From positions 1 to 36,852 of the forward strand of contig DFBG01000162.1 of assembly GCA_002367305.1 (NCBI GenBank): 36,852 nt of DNA, read 5' to 3'. This stretch comes from Actinobacteria bacterium UBA3086. Lineage in GTDB: Bacteria; Actinomycetota; Coriobacteriia; Anaerosomatales; UBA3086. Within the stretch, counting starts at the first letter, position 1, and each line of letters opens with the position of its first letter. Positions 1-7,312 of the stretch are shown in pieces. The notes under the pieces were generated by a model that saw nothing but the letters and a program-made list of their open reading frames with translations, was not told the origin of the DNA and did no database searches. The position numbers and the translations under genes were made by a program.

Positions 1-768
1 TTCTTCAACTTCAGACCGGATCGCGCGCGTCAGATCACACACTCCTTCGTGGACGAGGAGTTCGATCACTTCTCTCGTCCCGTGACCCCGGACGTGAGGT
101 TCGTCTGCCTCACAGAGTACGATCCCAACATCCCTGCAGCGGTGGCGTTCCCCAAGGCACTGCCGTGCTGCGTGTTGGCCGATGTACTCGCCGACGAAGG
201 ACTCCGTCAGCTGCACATTGCGGAGACGGAGAAGTACGCACACGTGACCTTCTTCCTCAACGGGGGACAAGAGGCCCCCAAGGTTGGCGAGGAGCGCGTG
301 CTCATTCCCAGTCCCAAAGTGGCCACGTACGATCTCCAGCCCGAGATGAGCGCGGTCGAGGTCACCGATGCGCTGGTTTTGGCGATCAAAGCCGAGCGAG
401 CGGATTTCTATGTGGTCAACTTCGCGAACTGCGACATGGTTGGCCACACGGGTGTGCTGGAGGCAGCTGTTGTCGCCGTAGAGACGGTCGATGGGTGTGT
501 TGGCCGTGTAGTGGACGCGATTCGCGATCTGGGCGGTGCGGTACTGATCACAGCGGATCACGGCAACGCCGAGCGGATGGTGGCTGCGGATGGAAGCAGT
601 CCCTTCACCGCACACACACTGGCCGACGTGCCATTTTGTGTCGTGGCGGACGGCGTCACGGGTGTTCGTTCCGGAGGTAAGCTAGCGGACGTTGCACCTT
701 CGATTCTGTCTCTATTGGACATACCGGCACCTCAGGAGTGGACGGGCGGAAACCTCCTGCTATACTGA
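1..768 (+). CDS. gpmI: 2,3-bisphosphoglycerate-independent phosphoglycerate mutase, C-terminal portion (5' end outside window)
   Basis: Frame 1 is open from base 1 (FFNFRPDRARQITHSF...) into the listed 49..768 ORF. NFANCDMVGHTG and ITADHGNAE are the metal-site signatures of cofactor-independent PGM. Confidence 0.9.
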   Translation, partial: FFNFRPDRARQITHSFVDEEFDHFSRPVTPDVRFVCLTEYDPNIPAAVAFPKALPCCVLADVLADEGLRQLHIAETEKYAHVTFFLNGGQEAPKVGEERVLIPSPKVATYDLQPEMSAVEVTDALVLAIKAERADFYVVNFANCDMVGHTGVLEAAVVAVETVDGCVGRVVDAIRDLGGAVLITADHGNAERMVAADGSSPFTAHTLADVPFCVVADGVTGVRSGGKLADVAPSILSLLDIPAPQEWTGGNLLLY

Positions 769-828
769 TTCTTCGGCTTGTCAGATCAGGCACGTCAACT
801 GGCGTGTGTAGATATCCAAGGAGAGACC

Positions 829-1074
829 GTGAACGCATTCATCATCTTCACTATCATCGTCCACATGATCGTGTCAGTTGGACTGATCGTGTTCATTCTG
901 CTGCACTCGGGTAAGGGAACAGGGGTGTCCTCCATGCTCGGGGCTGCTCTTCCCACGACTTCGACGGGAACAGGCATCATTGAGAAGAACTTGGACCGGA
1001 TCACCATTGTCCTCTCGTTGATATTCGCGGTTACTCTTCTGATCCTCATGGTGGGATACTCGCCTGGCGCGTAA
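829..1074 (+). CDS. secG: preprotein translocase subunit SecG
   Basis: Small two-TM protein with the LLHSGKGTGVSS loop typical of SecG. AGGAG lies 5 nt upstream of the in-frame GTG at 829, so 829 is preferred over the ORF-track start 778. Confidence 0.8.
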   Translation: MNAFIIFTIIVHMIVSVGLIVFILLHSGKGTGVSSMLGAALPTTSTGTGIIEKNLDRITIVLSLIFAVTLLILMVGYSPGA

Positions 1075-1105
1075 TATTCTTTCTTAATCTATTAGCACGA
1101 ACGAA

Positions 1106-1139
1106 GGGGTGTCGCGTATGCGGCATCCCTCTTTACGTT
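1106..1139 (+). terminator. putative intrinsic terminator after secG
   Basis: GGGGTGTCGC-GTAT-GCGGCATCCC forms a 10-bp stem (two G:U pairs) at 1106-1129, followed by TCTTTACGTT. Confidence 0.5.
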
Positions 1140-1331
1140 CATCTTGGAGAAGCTGCTGACTATACGTTTCGGCTTGCCATTCCATACAAAGAAGGGGAAA
1201 CTTACGGGAGCACTGAACCCCCCGGTGCGTATGGGGTCGCTGGAGGGGTTCGACATTTGGGTGCAGCTTATGCCCCTAGATGGGTAAGTTTGGATGTATG
1301 CGTATTGTCGTAGTACGGAGGGAGGCACATC

Positions 1332-3005
1332 TTGTTTGATCGATATCGGAAGGTGTTGGTACTCCTGCTTGGTCTAGCACTGGTTTTCTCAGTGTTTGGC
1401 ATAGCAGGTTGTTCCGACGCAGAAGAAGAGGATGAGCCGGCCGACGAGCCGGCCGCCGAAGAGCCTGTTAGCGATGAGGGTCCTGTCGCTGGTGGCACTA
1501 TGGCGTTCTACATCAGTGAGCCCGCGTTCATTGATACCGTGAACGTGCAGGAGTCCGAGGGCACGCAGGTCGCACAGGCTGTCTTTGACAGCTTGGTCGG
1601 TTTCGATCCTGAGACCGCAGAGATCATGCCGGCAGCCGCTGAGTCGTGGGTTCCCAACGAGGATGCCTCGGTTTGGACCTTTAACTTGGTCAAGGGCGCC
1701 ACGTTCCACAATGGTGAGCCTGTCACCGCTGCGGACTTCAAGTTCGCTTGGGAGCGCATCTGCAATCCCGACAACGAGTCCGAGATCTCTTACCACCTTG
1801 CACCCGTCGTGGGCTATGACGAGATGCAGGCCGGCGATGCAACTGAGCTTCCGGGCGTCGTTGCAGTTGACGACACCACCCTTGAGGTCACGCTGCAGTA
1901 CCCGTTCGGCGACTTTGAGTATGTCGTCGGTCACCCCGCCTTGGCACCGGTCCTTGAAGCTGAGGTCGCCAAGGACGGTTACTCCGACATGCCGATCGGT
2001 AACGGCCCGTTCATGATGACCGAGCCTTGGTCACACGACCAGTTCATCAATGTCGAAGTCTACGACGGCTACTATGGCATGGCTCCGTATATCGACGGTG
2101 TCGATTTCAAGATCTTCACCGACCAGGACACCGCGTTCCTCGAGTTCGAGGCCGGTAACCTGGACTTCACCTCTATCCCCACAGGTCAGATCCAGTCCGT
2201 CATCGACTCGTACGGTGAGTCAATGGACGGTATGACCGTATCGCCCGGCGAGCAGGCCGTCATCGGCCCGCAACTCGCCATTTACTACCTCCTCATGAAC
2301 AATGAGGATGAGGTTCTCAAGGATCCGAAGCTCCGTGCTGCGCTGTCTCTGGCGATCAATCGCCAGACCATCGCTGACGTGGTTTTCGAGGGCACGCGAG
2401 TTCCCGCCACGGGTATTGTCCCGCCGGGTATCGTGGGCTTCCAGGAGGACGCATGGGCCTACTCCAAGTATGACGTGGATGCTGCCAAGGAGATGCTGGC
2501 TGAGGCTGGCTACGCCGACGGCGAGGGTCTACCCGCGATCAAACTTGAGTTCAACACCGGTTCCGGCCACGAAGATATTCTGCAGCTCGTCCAGCAGGAT
2601 CTCACCAACGTCGGTATCGACTCTGAGCTCGTAGGCACTGAGTGGGCACAGTATCTCGACAAGCTGCTCGAGAAGACCTATCAGGTCGGGCGTCTTGGTT
2701 GGATAGCTGACTATCCGATCATGGACAACTTCCTGTATCCGATCTTCACGACTGGCAGTGGCGACAACTATGCGTTCTATAGCAACACTGACGTCGATGC
2801 TCTTCTGACAGAGGCCCGTCAGACGACCGACGCCACCGATCGTGTTGCGAAGTACCAAGAGGTCGAGCGCATGATCGGCGACGACGCTCCTGTCATCCCG
2901 ATCGTGTTCTATCGCAACCTCCGTGTTGGTTCCGAGCGCCTGCGCGAGGCTGTATTCAGCTCGCAGGGTATGATGAACTTCGATCAGCTTTGGCTGTCGG
3001 AGTAA
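1332..3005 (+). CDS. ABC transporter substrate-binding lipoprotein, family 5 (OppA/DppA/NikA type)
   Basis: TTG start just after GGAGGGAGG. Signal peptide with lipobox GIAGC, an acidic linker, then family-5 solute-binding sequence over the full length. It heads a permease-permease-ATPase-ATPase operon. Confidence 0.9.
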   Translation: MFDRYRKVLVLLLGLALVFSVFGIAGCSDAEEEDEPADEPAAEEPVSDEGPVAGGTMAFYISEPAFIDTVNVQESEGTQVAQAVFDSLVGFDPETAEIMPAAAESWVPNEDASVWTFNLVKGATFHNGEPVTAADFKFAWERICNPDNESEISYHLAPVVGYDEMQAGDATELPGVVAVDDTTLEVTLQYPFGDFEYVVGHPALAPVLEAEVAKDGYSDMPIGNGPFMMTEPWSHDQFINVEVYDGYYGMAPYIDGVDFKIFTDQDTAFLEFEAGNLDFTSIPTGQIQSVIDSYGESMDGMTVSPGEQAVIGPQLAIYYLLMNNEDEVLKDPKLRAALSLAINRQTIADVVFEGTRVPATGIVPPGIVGFQEDAWAYSKYDVDAAKEMLAEAGYADGEGLPAIKLEFNTGSGHEDILQLVQQDLTNVGIDSELVGTEWAQYLDKLLEKTYQVGRLGWIADYPIMDNFLYPIFTTGSGDNYAFYSNTDVDALLTEARQTTDATDRVAKYQEVERMIGDDAPVIPIVFYRNLRVGSERLREAVFSSQGMMNFDQLWLSE

Positions 3006-3026
3006 TCTCGCATTGTAGTTGATGTG

Positions 3027-3060
3027 GGTGTCGGAGCGGCCGCAGGGCCGCTCCGACACC
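3027..3060 (+). terminator. intra-operon stem-loop after the binding-protein gene (attenuator or mRNA stabiliser)
   Basis: Perfect 14-bp stem GGTGTCGGAGCGGC / GCCGCTCCGACACC with a 6-nt loop. No U-tract follows. Confidence 0.45.
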
Positions 3061-3110
3061 ATCCTTGAGTTGAATCCTTGGTACTGTACGCCTCGAGCAA
3101 GGTTGTGCTG

Positions 3111-4076
3111 ATGATCAAGTACGTGCTCCGGCGCCTCTTACAAATGATTCCGGTCTTTATTGGCGTGACGATGCTACTGTTCCTGCTTCGCGCCCCTGGC
3201 GTGCTTCCCGGTGATCCCATTCGGATGATCACTGGTGAACGCGCGATTCCCGACGCACTGCGTGTTGAGATCGAAGAGAAGTACCACTTCAACGATCCGC
3301 TGCCGGTGCAGTATGGTTACTACCTTTCGGACCTCGTTCACGGTGATCTTGGCGACTCTCTTCAGAAGGGTCGTCCGGTGACTGACATTTTTGCGGACAA
3401 GTATCCGAACACTATCAAGCTTGCTCTCGTCGCCATCGTCATCGAGGTCATAATCGGTGTTGGTGCAGGCATTGTCTCAGCGGTGAAGCAATACTCCTTC
3501 TGGGATGTGCTCGTGACGCTTTCTACGTCCATTCTCGTGTCTATGCCCGTGTTCTGGTTAGGCATGTTGTTCCAGATATTCTTTGGTATCAAGTTCAAAC
3601 AGTGGGGGTTACCGTACCTGCCTATCTCAGGAATGGGGAACCCGCCTGATCTTGTGCACCTGATCCTGCCCGGTGTCACGCTTGCATCGGTCTCGACTGC
3701 GTATGCGGCGCGTATCATGCGCTCACAGATGCTCGAGGTCATGAGCCAGGACTACATCCGCACGGCGTTGGCCAAGGGCCTCTCGTGGTCCACGGTCGTG
3801 CGTCGGCACGCGCTCAAGAATGCTTTGATCCCGGTTGTCACATTCATGGGTATCGACCTAGGCGCGATGCTCAGCGGCGCAATCCTCACGGAGACCGTTT
3901 TCAACTGGCCCGGTGTGGGACTCGAGATCTTCCTTGCCATCGGTCAGCGTGACTGGCCCGTTGTCATGGGCGGTGTCGTGGTCGTTGTCATCGCGGTTAT
4001 GTTCGTCAATCTTCTTGTCGATATGAGCTATGCGTTCCTCGATCCGAGGATCCGCTACGGTTCGGGTACGGAGTAG
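3111..4076 (+). CDS. ABC transporter permease (DppB/OppB type)
   Basis: The N-terminus MIKYVLRRLLQMIPVFIGVT is typical of DppB/OppB, and the protein is multi-TM. ATG 3111 is preferred over the upstream in-frame TTG 3078. Confidence 0.9.
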   Translation: MIKYVLRRLLQMIPVFIGVTMLLFLLRAPGVLPGDPIRMITGERAIPDALRVEIEEKYHFNDPLPVQYGYYLSDLVHGDLGDSLQKGRPVTDIFADKYPNTIKLALVAIVIEVIIGVGAGIVSAVKQYSFWDVLVTLSTSILVSMPVFWLGMLFQIFFGIKFKQWGLPYLPISGMGNPPDLVHLILPGVTLASVSTAYAARIMRSQMLEVMSQDYIRTALAKGLSWSTVVRRHALKNALIPVVTFMGIDLGAMLSGAILTETVFNWPGVGLEIFLAIGQRDWPVVMGGVVVVVIAVMFVNLLVDMSYAFLDPRIRYGSGTE

Positions 4077-4078
4077 CC

Positions 4079-5071
4079 GTGACCAAATCAACTAACGACC
4101 CACAGGGGACGAATTTGGATCCAAAGGATGCGAGCGGTCACGCTGTGCGTGATCTGTATTCGCCACTTCCGGTAGCTCCGCTCGAAGAGCACGATGTCTC
4201 CGGGCCCACGCGCACGCTCTGGCGCGATGCGTGGCGCCGTCTTCGCAAGAACAAGCTGGCTATGGCCGGTCTGGTCTGGGTGGCTCTCGTCATCTCCATC
4301 ACTCTGTCCGCCGATCTCTGGGTCCCGGATGCGTTCGGTGATCCTGAGGCGATCGATACCGCGACTGCCGCGCAGAATTACCTACTGCCTCCGTCGGCAG
4401 ATCACCCCTTCGGCACCGATAAACTCGCACGTGACGTGTTCGCACGTGTGGTATATGGGGCACGCATATCGCTTTCCGTCGGCATTATCGCGGTGTTCAT
4501 CTCGATAGCCATCGGACTCATCATGGGGGCACTGGCTGGATACTACGGTGGCCTAGCGGATGTGCTGGTCATGCGATTAGCCGATGTCTTCCTCGCATTT
4601 CCCTATGTACTTTTCGCAGTGGCGCTGATCGCGGTCCTTGGGCCCGGCTACATCAACGTGTTCATCGCCATTGGTGTGTTGGGATGGCCCACGATCGCTC
4701 GCGTATTTCGCAGTTCGATACTCTCGGTCAAGGAGAACGAGTACATTGACGCGGCTCGCGCCATGGGTGCGTCGGATGCGCGGATCATCTTCAGGCATAT
4801 TCTCCCCAACGCCATTGCGCCGATTCTTGTGTACGGAACCATGGCAACAGGCGGAGCGATTCTGACTGAGGCCGCACTGAGCTTTTTGGGTATGGGCGTG
4901 CAGCCTCCCACACCTTCGTGGGGTCTTATGCTCTCAGATGCCAAAGCGCTTATGCAGCGTGCTCCGTGGATGATGATCTACCCCGGCGCAGCGATTCTCA
5001 CGACCGTGCTCTCGTTCGTTCTCATGGGTGACGGTCTTCGGGACGCCCTCGACGTGAAGATGAAGGACTGA
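4079..5071 (+). CDS. ABC transporter permease (DppC/OppC type)
   Basis: GTG start 3 nt after the previous stop. Long hydrophilic N-terminus followed by an OppC-type membrane domain (ARVVYGARISL, RHILPNAIAPILV). Confidence 0.9.
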   Translation: MTKSTNDPQGTNLDPKDASGHAVRDLYSPLPVAPLEEHDVSGPTRTLWRDAWRRLRKNKLAMAGLVWVALVISITLSADLWVPDAFGDPEAIDTATAAQNYLLPPSADHPFGTDKLARDVFARVVYGARISLSVGIIAVFISIAIGLIMGALAGYYGGLADVLVMRLADVFLAFPYVLFAVALIAVLGPGYINVFIAIGVLGWPTIARVFRSSILSVKENEYIDAARAMGASDARIIFRHILPNAIAPILVYGTMATGGAILTEAALSFLGMGVQPPTPSWGLMLSDAKALMQRAPWMMIYPGAAILTTVLSFVLMGDGLRDALDVKMKD

Positions 5072-5075
5072 CAGC

Positions 5076-6092
5076 ATGACAAGACTGCTTGAAGTAACCG
5101 ATCTCCACACGCACTTCTTCACCCGTGACGGTGTCGTGAAAGCCGTCGATGGTGTGAGTTTCACGTTGGACAAGAGCGAGACGCTGGGCGTGGTGGGCGA
5201 GTCCGGCTCAGGTAAGTCCGTGACCGCGATGTCCATCATGCGACTGATCCCGGATCCTCCCGGTAAGGTCGTCGGTGGCGATATCGTGTTCAAGGGCGAT
5301 TCTGTTCTGGGCATGTCGGCTTCCGAGGTTCGCTCTCTGCGGGGCAACCGCATCGCGATGATCTTTCAGGATCCCATGACGTCTCTCAATCCCGTATATC
5401 GGGTTGGTGCGCAGATCGGCGAGTCAGTGCGTCTCCACAAGGGAGCTTCCAAGAAGGAGGCGTTCGAGCGAGCCGTGGAGTTGCTCGATCTTGTTGGTAT
5501 CCCGCACCCGCGCGAGCGTGCTCGGGACTATCCGCATCAGTTCTCAGGGGGCATGCGTCAGCGAGCGATGATCGCCATGGCGCTCGCTTGTGATCCGGAT
5601 ATCCTCATCGCCGACGAGCCCACCACGGCTCTCGATGTGACCATTCAGGCGCAGATCCTGGATCTCATGAACGAGCTTCAGGATCGTACGGGCACTGCGA
5701 TCATCATGATCACCCATGACTTGGGGATCGTCGCCGATATGGCCGACAAGGTCCTTGTCATGTACGCGGGGCGTCCAGTTGAATATGGTTCGGCAGCGGA
5801 CGTCTTTTATCGTCCTCGGCATCCCTACACGTGGGGCTTGCTCGACAGTCTGCCTCGTCATGACGTGGCCGAGAAGGATGAGTTGAATCCGATCCAGGGT
5901 CAGCCGCCCAGTCTCATCCGGGTACCCAAGGGTTGTTCGTTCAACCCACGCTGTCCGTACGCGTGCATGATCTGCGCTGAGCAGGAACCGGTGCTCAAGG
6001 AAGCTGAGTCCGGGCACATGTGTGCGTGTCACTTCACTGGTAAAGAGGGATTCCAACGAGGCGAAGCTCAAGCCTGTAGGGTGGTGGGCTAG
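5076..6092 (+). CDS. ABC transporter ATP-binding protein (DppD/OppD type) with Cys-rich C-terminal domain
   Basis: Walker A GESGSGKS, signature FSGGMRQR, Walker B ILIADEPTTALD. C-terminal oligopeptide-transporter domain with several Cys. Confidence 0.95.
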   Translation: MTRLLEVTDLHTHFFTRDGVVKAVDGVSFTLDKSETLGVVGESGSGKSVTAMSIMRLIPDPPGKVVGGDIVFKGDSVLGMSASEVRSLRGNRIAMIFQDPMTSLNPVYRVGAQIGESVRLHKGASKKEAFERAVELLDLVGIPHPRERARDYPHQFSGGMRQRAMIAMALACDPDILIADEPTTALDVTIQAQILDLMNELQDRTGTAIIMITHDLGIVADMADKVLVMYAGRPVEYGSAADVFYRPRHPYTWGLLDSLPRHDVAEKDELNPIQGQPPSLIRVPKGCSFNPRCPYACMICAEQEPVLKEAESGHMCACHFTGKEGFQRGEAQACRVVG

Positions 6093-7103
6093 ATGACATT
6101 GCTCAAAGTCGAGGGTCTCACCAAACACTTCCCGGTCGAGCAGGGCGTGATCCTCTCTCGTGTGGGTGCGAGTGTGAAGGCCGTCGATGGTGTGTCGTTC
6201 GAGGTGAACCAGGGAGAGACCCTGGGGTTGGTCGGCGAGTCGGGTTGTGGAAAGTCCACGACCGGTCGTTGCATCATTCGCCTCATCGAGCCCACGTCCG
6301 GGCTCATCGAATTCGAGGGCAAGAGTGTGCGAGACATGGGACGTCGGGCACTGCGTGAGTTCCGGCGCGATGTACAGATCATCTTCCAGGATCCGTACGC
6401 ATCATTGAATCCGCGAATGACGATCGGTGAGATCGTTTCAGAGCCTCTCTCTGTGAACAACATGGGAACTGCAGCTGAGAAGCGCAAAGCCGTTCAGGAT
6501 CTTCTCGACGTTGTGGGGCTCAACCCCGAGCACATCAATCGGTACCCGCATGAGTTCTCAGGTGGGCAGCGTCAGCGCATCGGTATTGCGAGGGCACTCA
6601 CTCTCAAGCCCAAGTTGATCATATGTGACGAGCCGGTGTCGGCACTCGACGTGTCGATTCAGGCTCAGGTGGTCAATCTGCTCCAGGATCTTCAGGATCA
6701 GTTCGGTCTGACGTATCTGTTCATTGCGCACGACCTTTCCGTGGTTCGGCATATTTCGGACAGGGTCGCAGTCATGTATCTGGGCAAGATCGTCGAGATC
6801 GCCGACTACAAGGGTCTGTACAACGCGCCGCACCACCCGTATACGCAGTCGCTGCTCTCTGCTGTGCCGGTGCCCGATCCCGAGCTTCAGCGCGAACGTG
6901 AGCGCATCATCCTGCAGGGAGACGTTCCGAGTCCGATCAACCCGCCCTCGGGATGTCGGTTTCATACACGTTGTCCGATCGCGCAGCCGGTGTGCTCCGA
7001 GAAGGAACCTGAGCTTCGCGATGTGGCTCCCGGCCAGAAGGCTGCGTGTCACTTTGCGAAGCCGTTTCCAATCGACGTGAAAAAGGCTGTTCAGAGGGGG
7101 TAG
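6093..7103 (+). CDS. ABC transporter ATP-binding protein (DppF/OppF type) with Cys-rich C-terminal domain
   Basis: Walker A GESGCGKS, signature FSGGQRQR, Walker [16 protein letters not shown] lies immediately after the upstream TAG. Confidence 0.95.
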   Translation: MTLLKVEGLTKHFPVEQGVILSRVGASVKAVDGVSFEVNQGETLGLVGESGCGKSTTGRCIIRLIEPTSGLIEFEGKSVRDMGRRALREFRRDVQIIFQDPYASLNPRMTIGEIVSEPLSVNNMGTAAEKRKAVQDLLDVVGLNPEHINRYPHEFSGGQRQRIGIARALTLKPKLIICDEPVSALDVSIQAQVVNLLQDLQDQFGLTYLFIAHDLSVVRHISDRVAVMYLGKIVEIADYKGLYNAPHHPYTQSLLSAVPVPDPELQRERERIILQGDVPSPINPPSGCRFHTRCPIAQPVCSEKEPELRDVAPGQKAACHFAKPFPIDVKKAVQRG

Positions 7104-7129
7104 GCAAGCCCAATCGGGATTGCTATACT
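7101..7129 (+). promoter_or_regulatory. possible sigma-70-type promoter for tRNA-Leu
   Basis: TAGGCA-17 nt-TATACT ends about 34 nt upstream of the tRNA 5' end. The -35 element is weak. Confidence 0.3.
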
Positions 7130-7162
7130 CACCTTCGCTGTCCCCAAGGGGGCAGGTATCGA

Positions 7163-7248
7163 GTCGGAGTGGCGGAACGGCAGACGCGCTAGCTTGAGGG
7201 GCTAGTGTCCTTAGGGACGTGAGGGTTCAAATCCCTCCTCCGACACCA
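7163..7248 (+). tRNA. tRNA-Leu (anticodon GAG), class II with long variable arm, CCA encoded
   Basis: Folded by hand. Acceptor GTCGGAG/CTCCGAC; 3-bp D stem; anticodon stem CTAGC/GCTAG with loop TTGAGGG; 15-nt variable arm; T arm GAGGG-TTCAAAT-CCCTC; discriminator A plus CCA. Total 86 nt. Confidence 0.9.
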
Positions 7249-7253
7249 TAGTG

Positions 7254-7289
7254 AGAACGCGAGGGCCTCCGAAAGGGGGCCCTCGTTCT
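7254..7289. terminator. putative bidirectional terminator between tRNA-Leu and the convergent phosphatase gene
   Basis: AGAACGCGAGGGCCTCC-GAAA-GGGGGCCCTCGTTCT forms a GC-rich stem with a GAAA tetraloop. Only a weak T-run follows. Confidence 0.5.
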
Positions 7290-7312
7290 GTGTTCGGGCA
7301 GAGACTCTTCGG

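Noticed and set aside
165-680. 171-aa alternative-frame ORF inside gpmI. The many similar Arg/Ser/Pro-rich ORFs in the track fall in the same category.
   Set aside because: The composition is typical of out-of-frame translation of high-GC coding DNA, and each overlaps a confidently assigned gene.
1258-1274. Weak -24/-12-like sequence TGGGTGCAGCTTATGCC upstream of the ABC operon
   Set aside because: Only the GG and GC dinucleotides fit, and only with a shifted register. The flanking consensus bases are mismatched, so a chance match is likely.
1092-1328. 78-aa minus-strand ORF that exactly fills the secG/ABC intergenic gap
   Set aside because: It has no RBS in front of its ATG. Its third codon positions lack the strong GC bias of real genes here, and I saw no recognisable motif. 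The region is treated as non-coding leader.
7163-7248. tRNA-Leu as a possible genomic-island integration site
   Set aside because: There is no integrase, excisionase or phage gene adjacent. I noticed no duplicated copy of the tRNA 3' end elsewhere in the window, and the flanking genes look like core genes.
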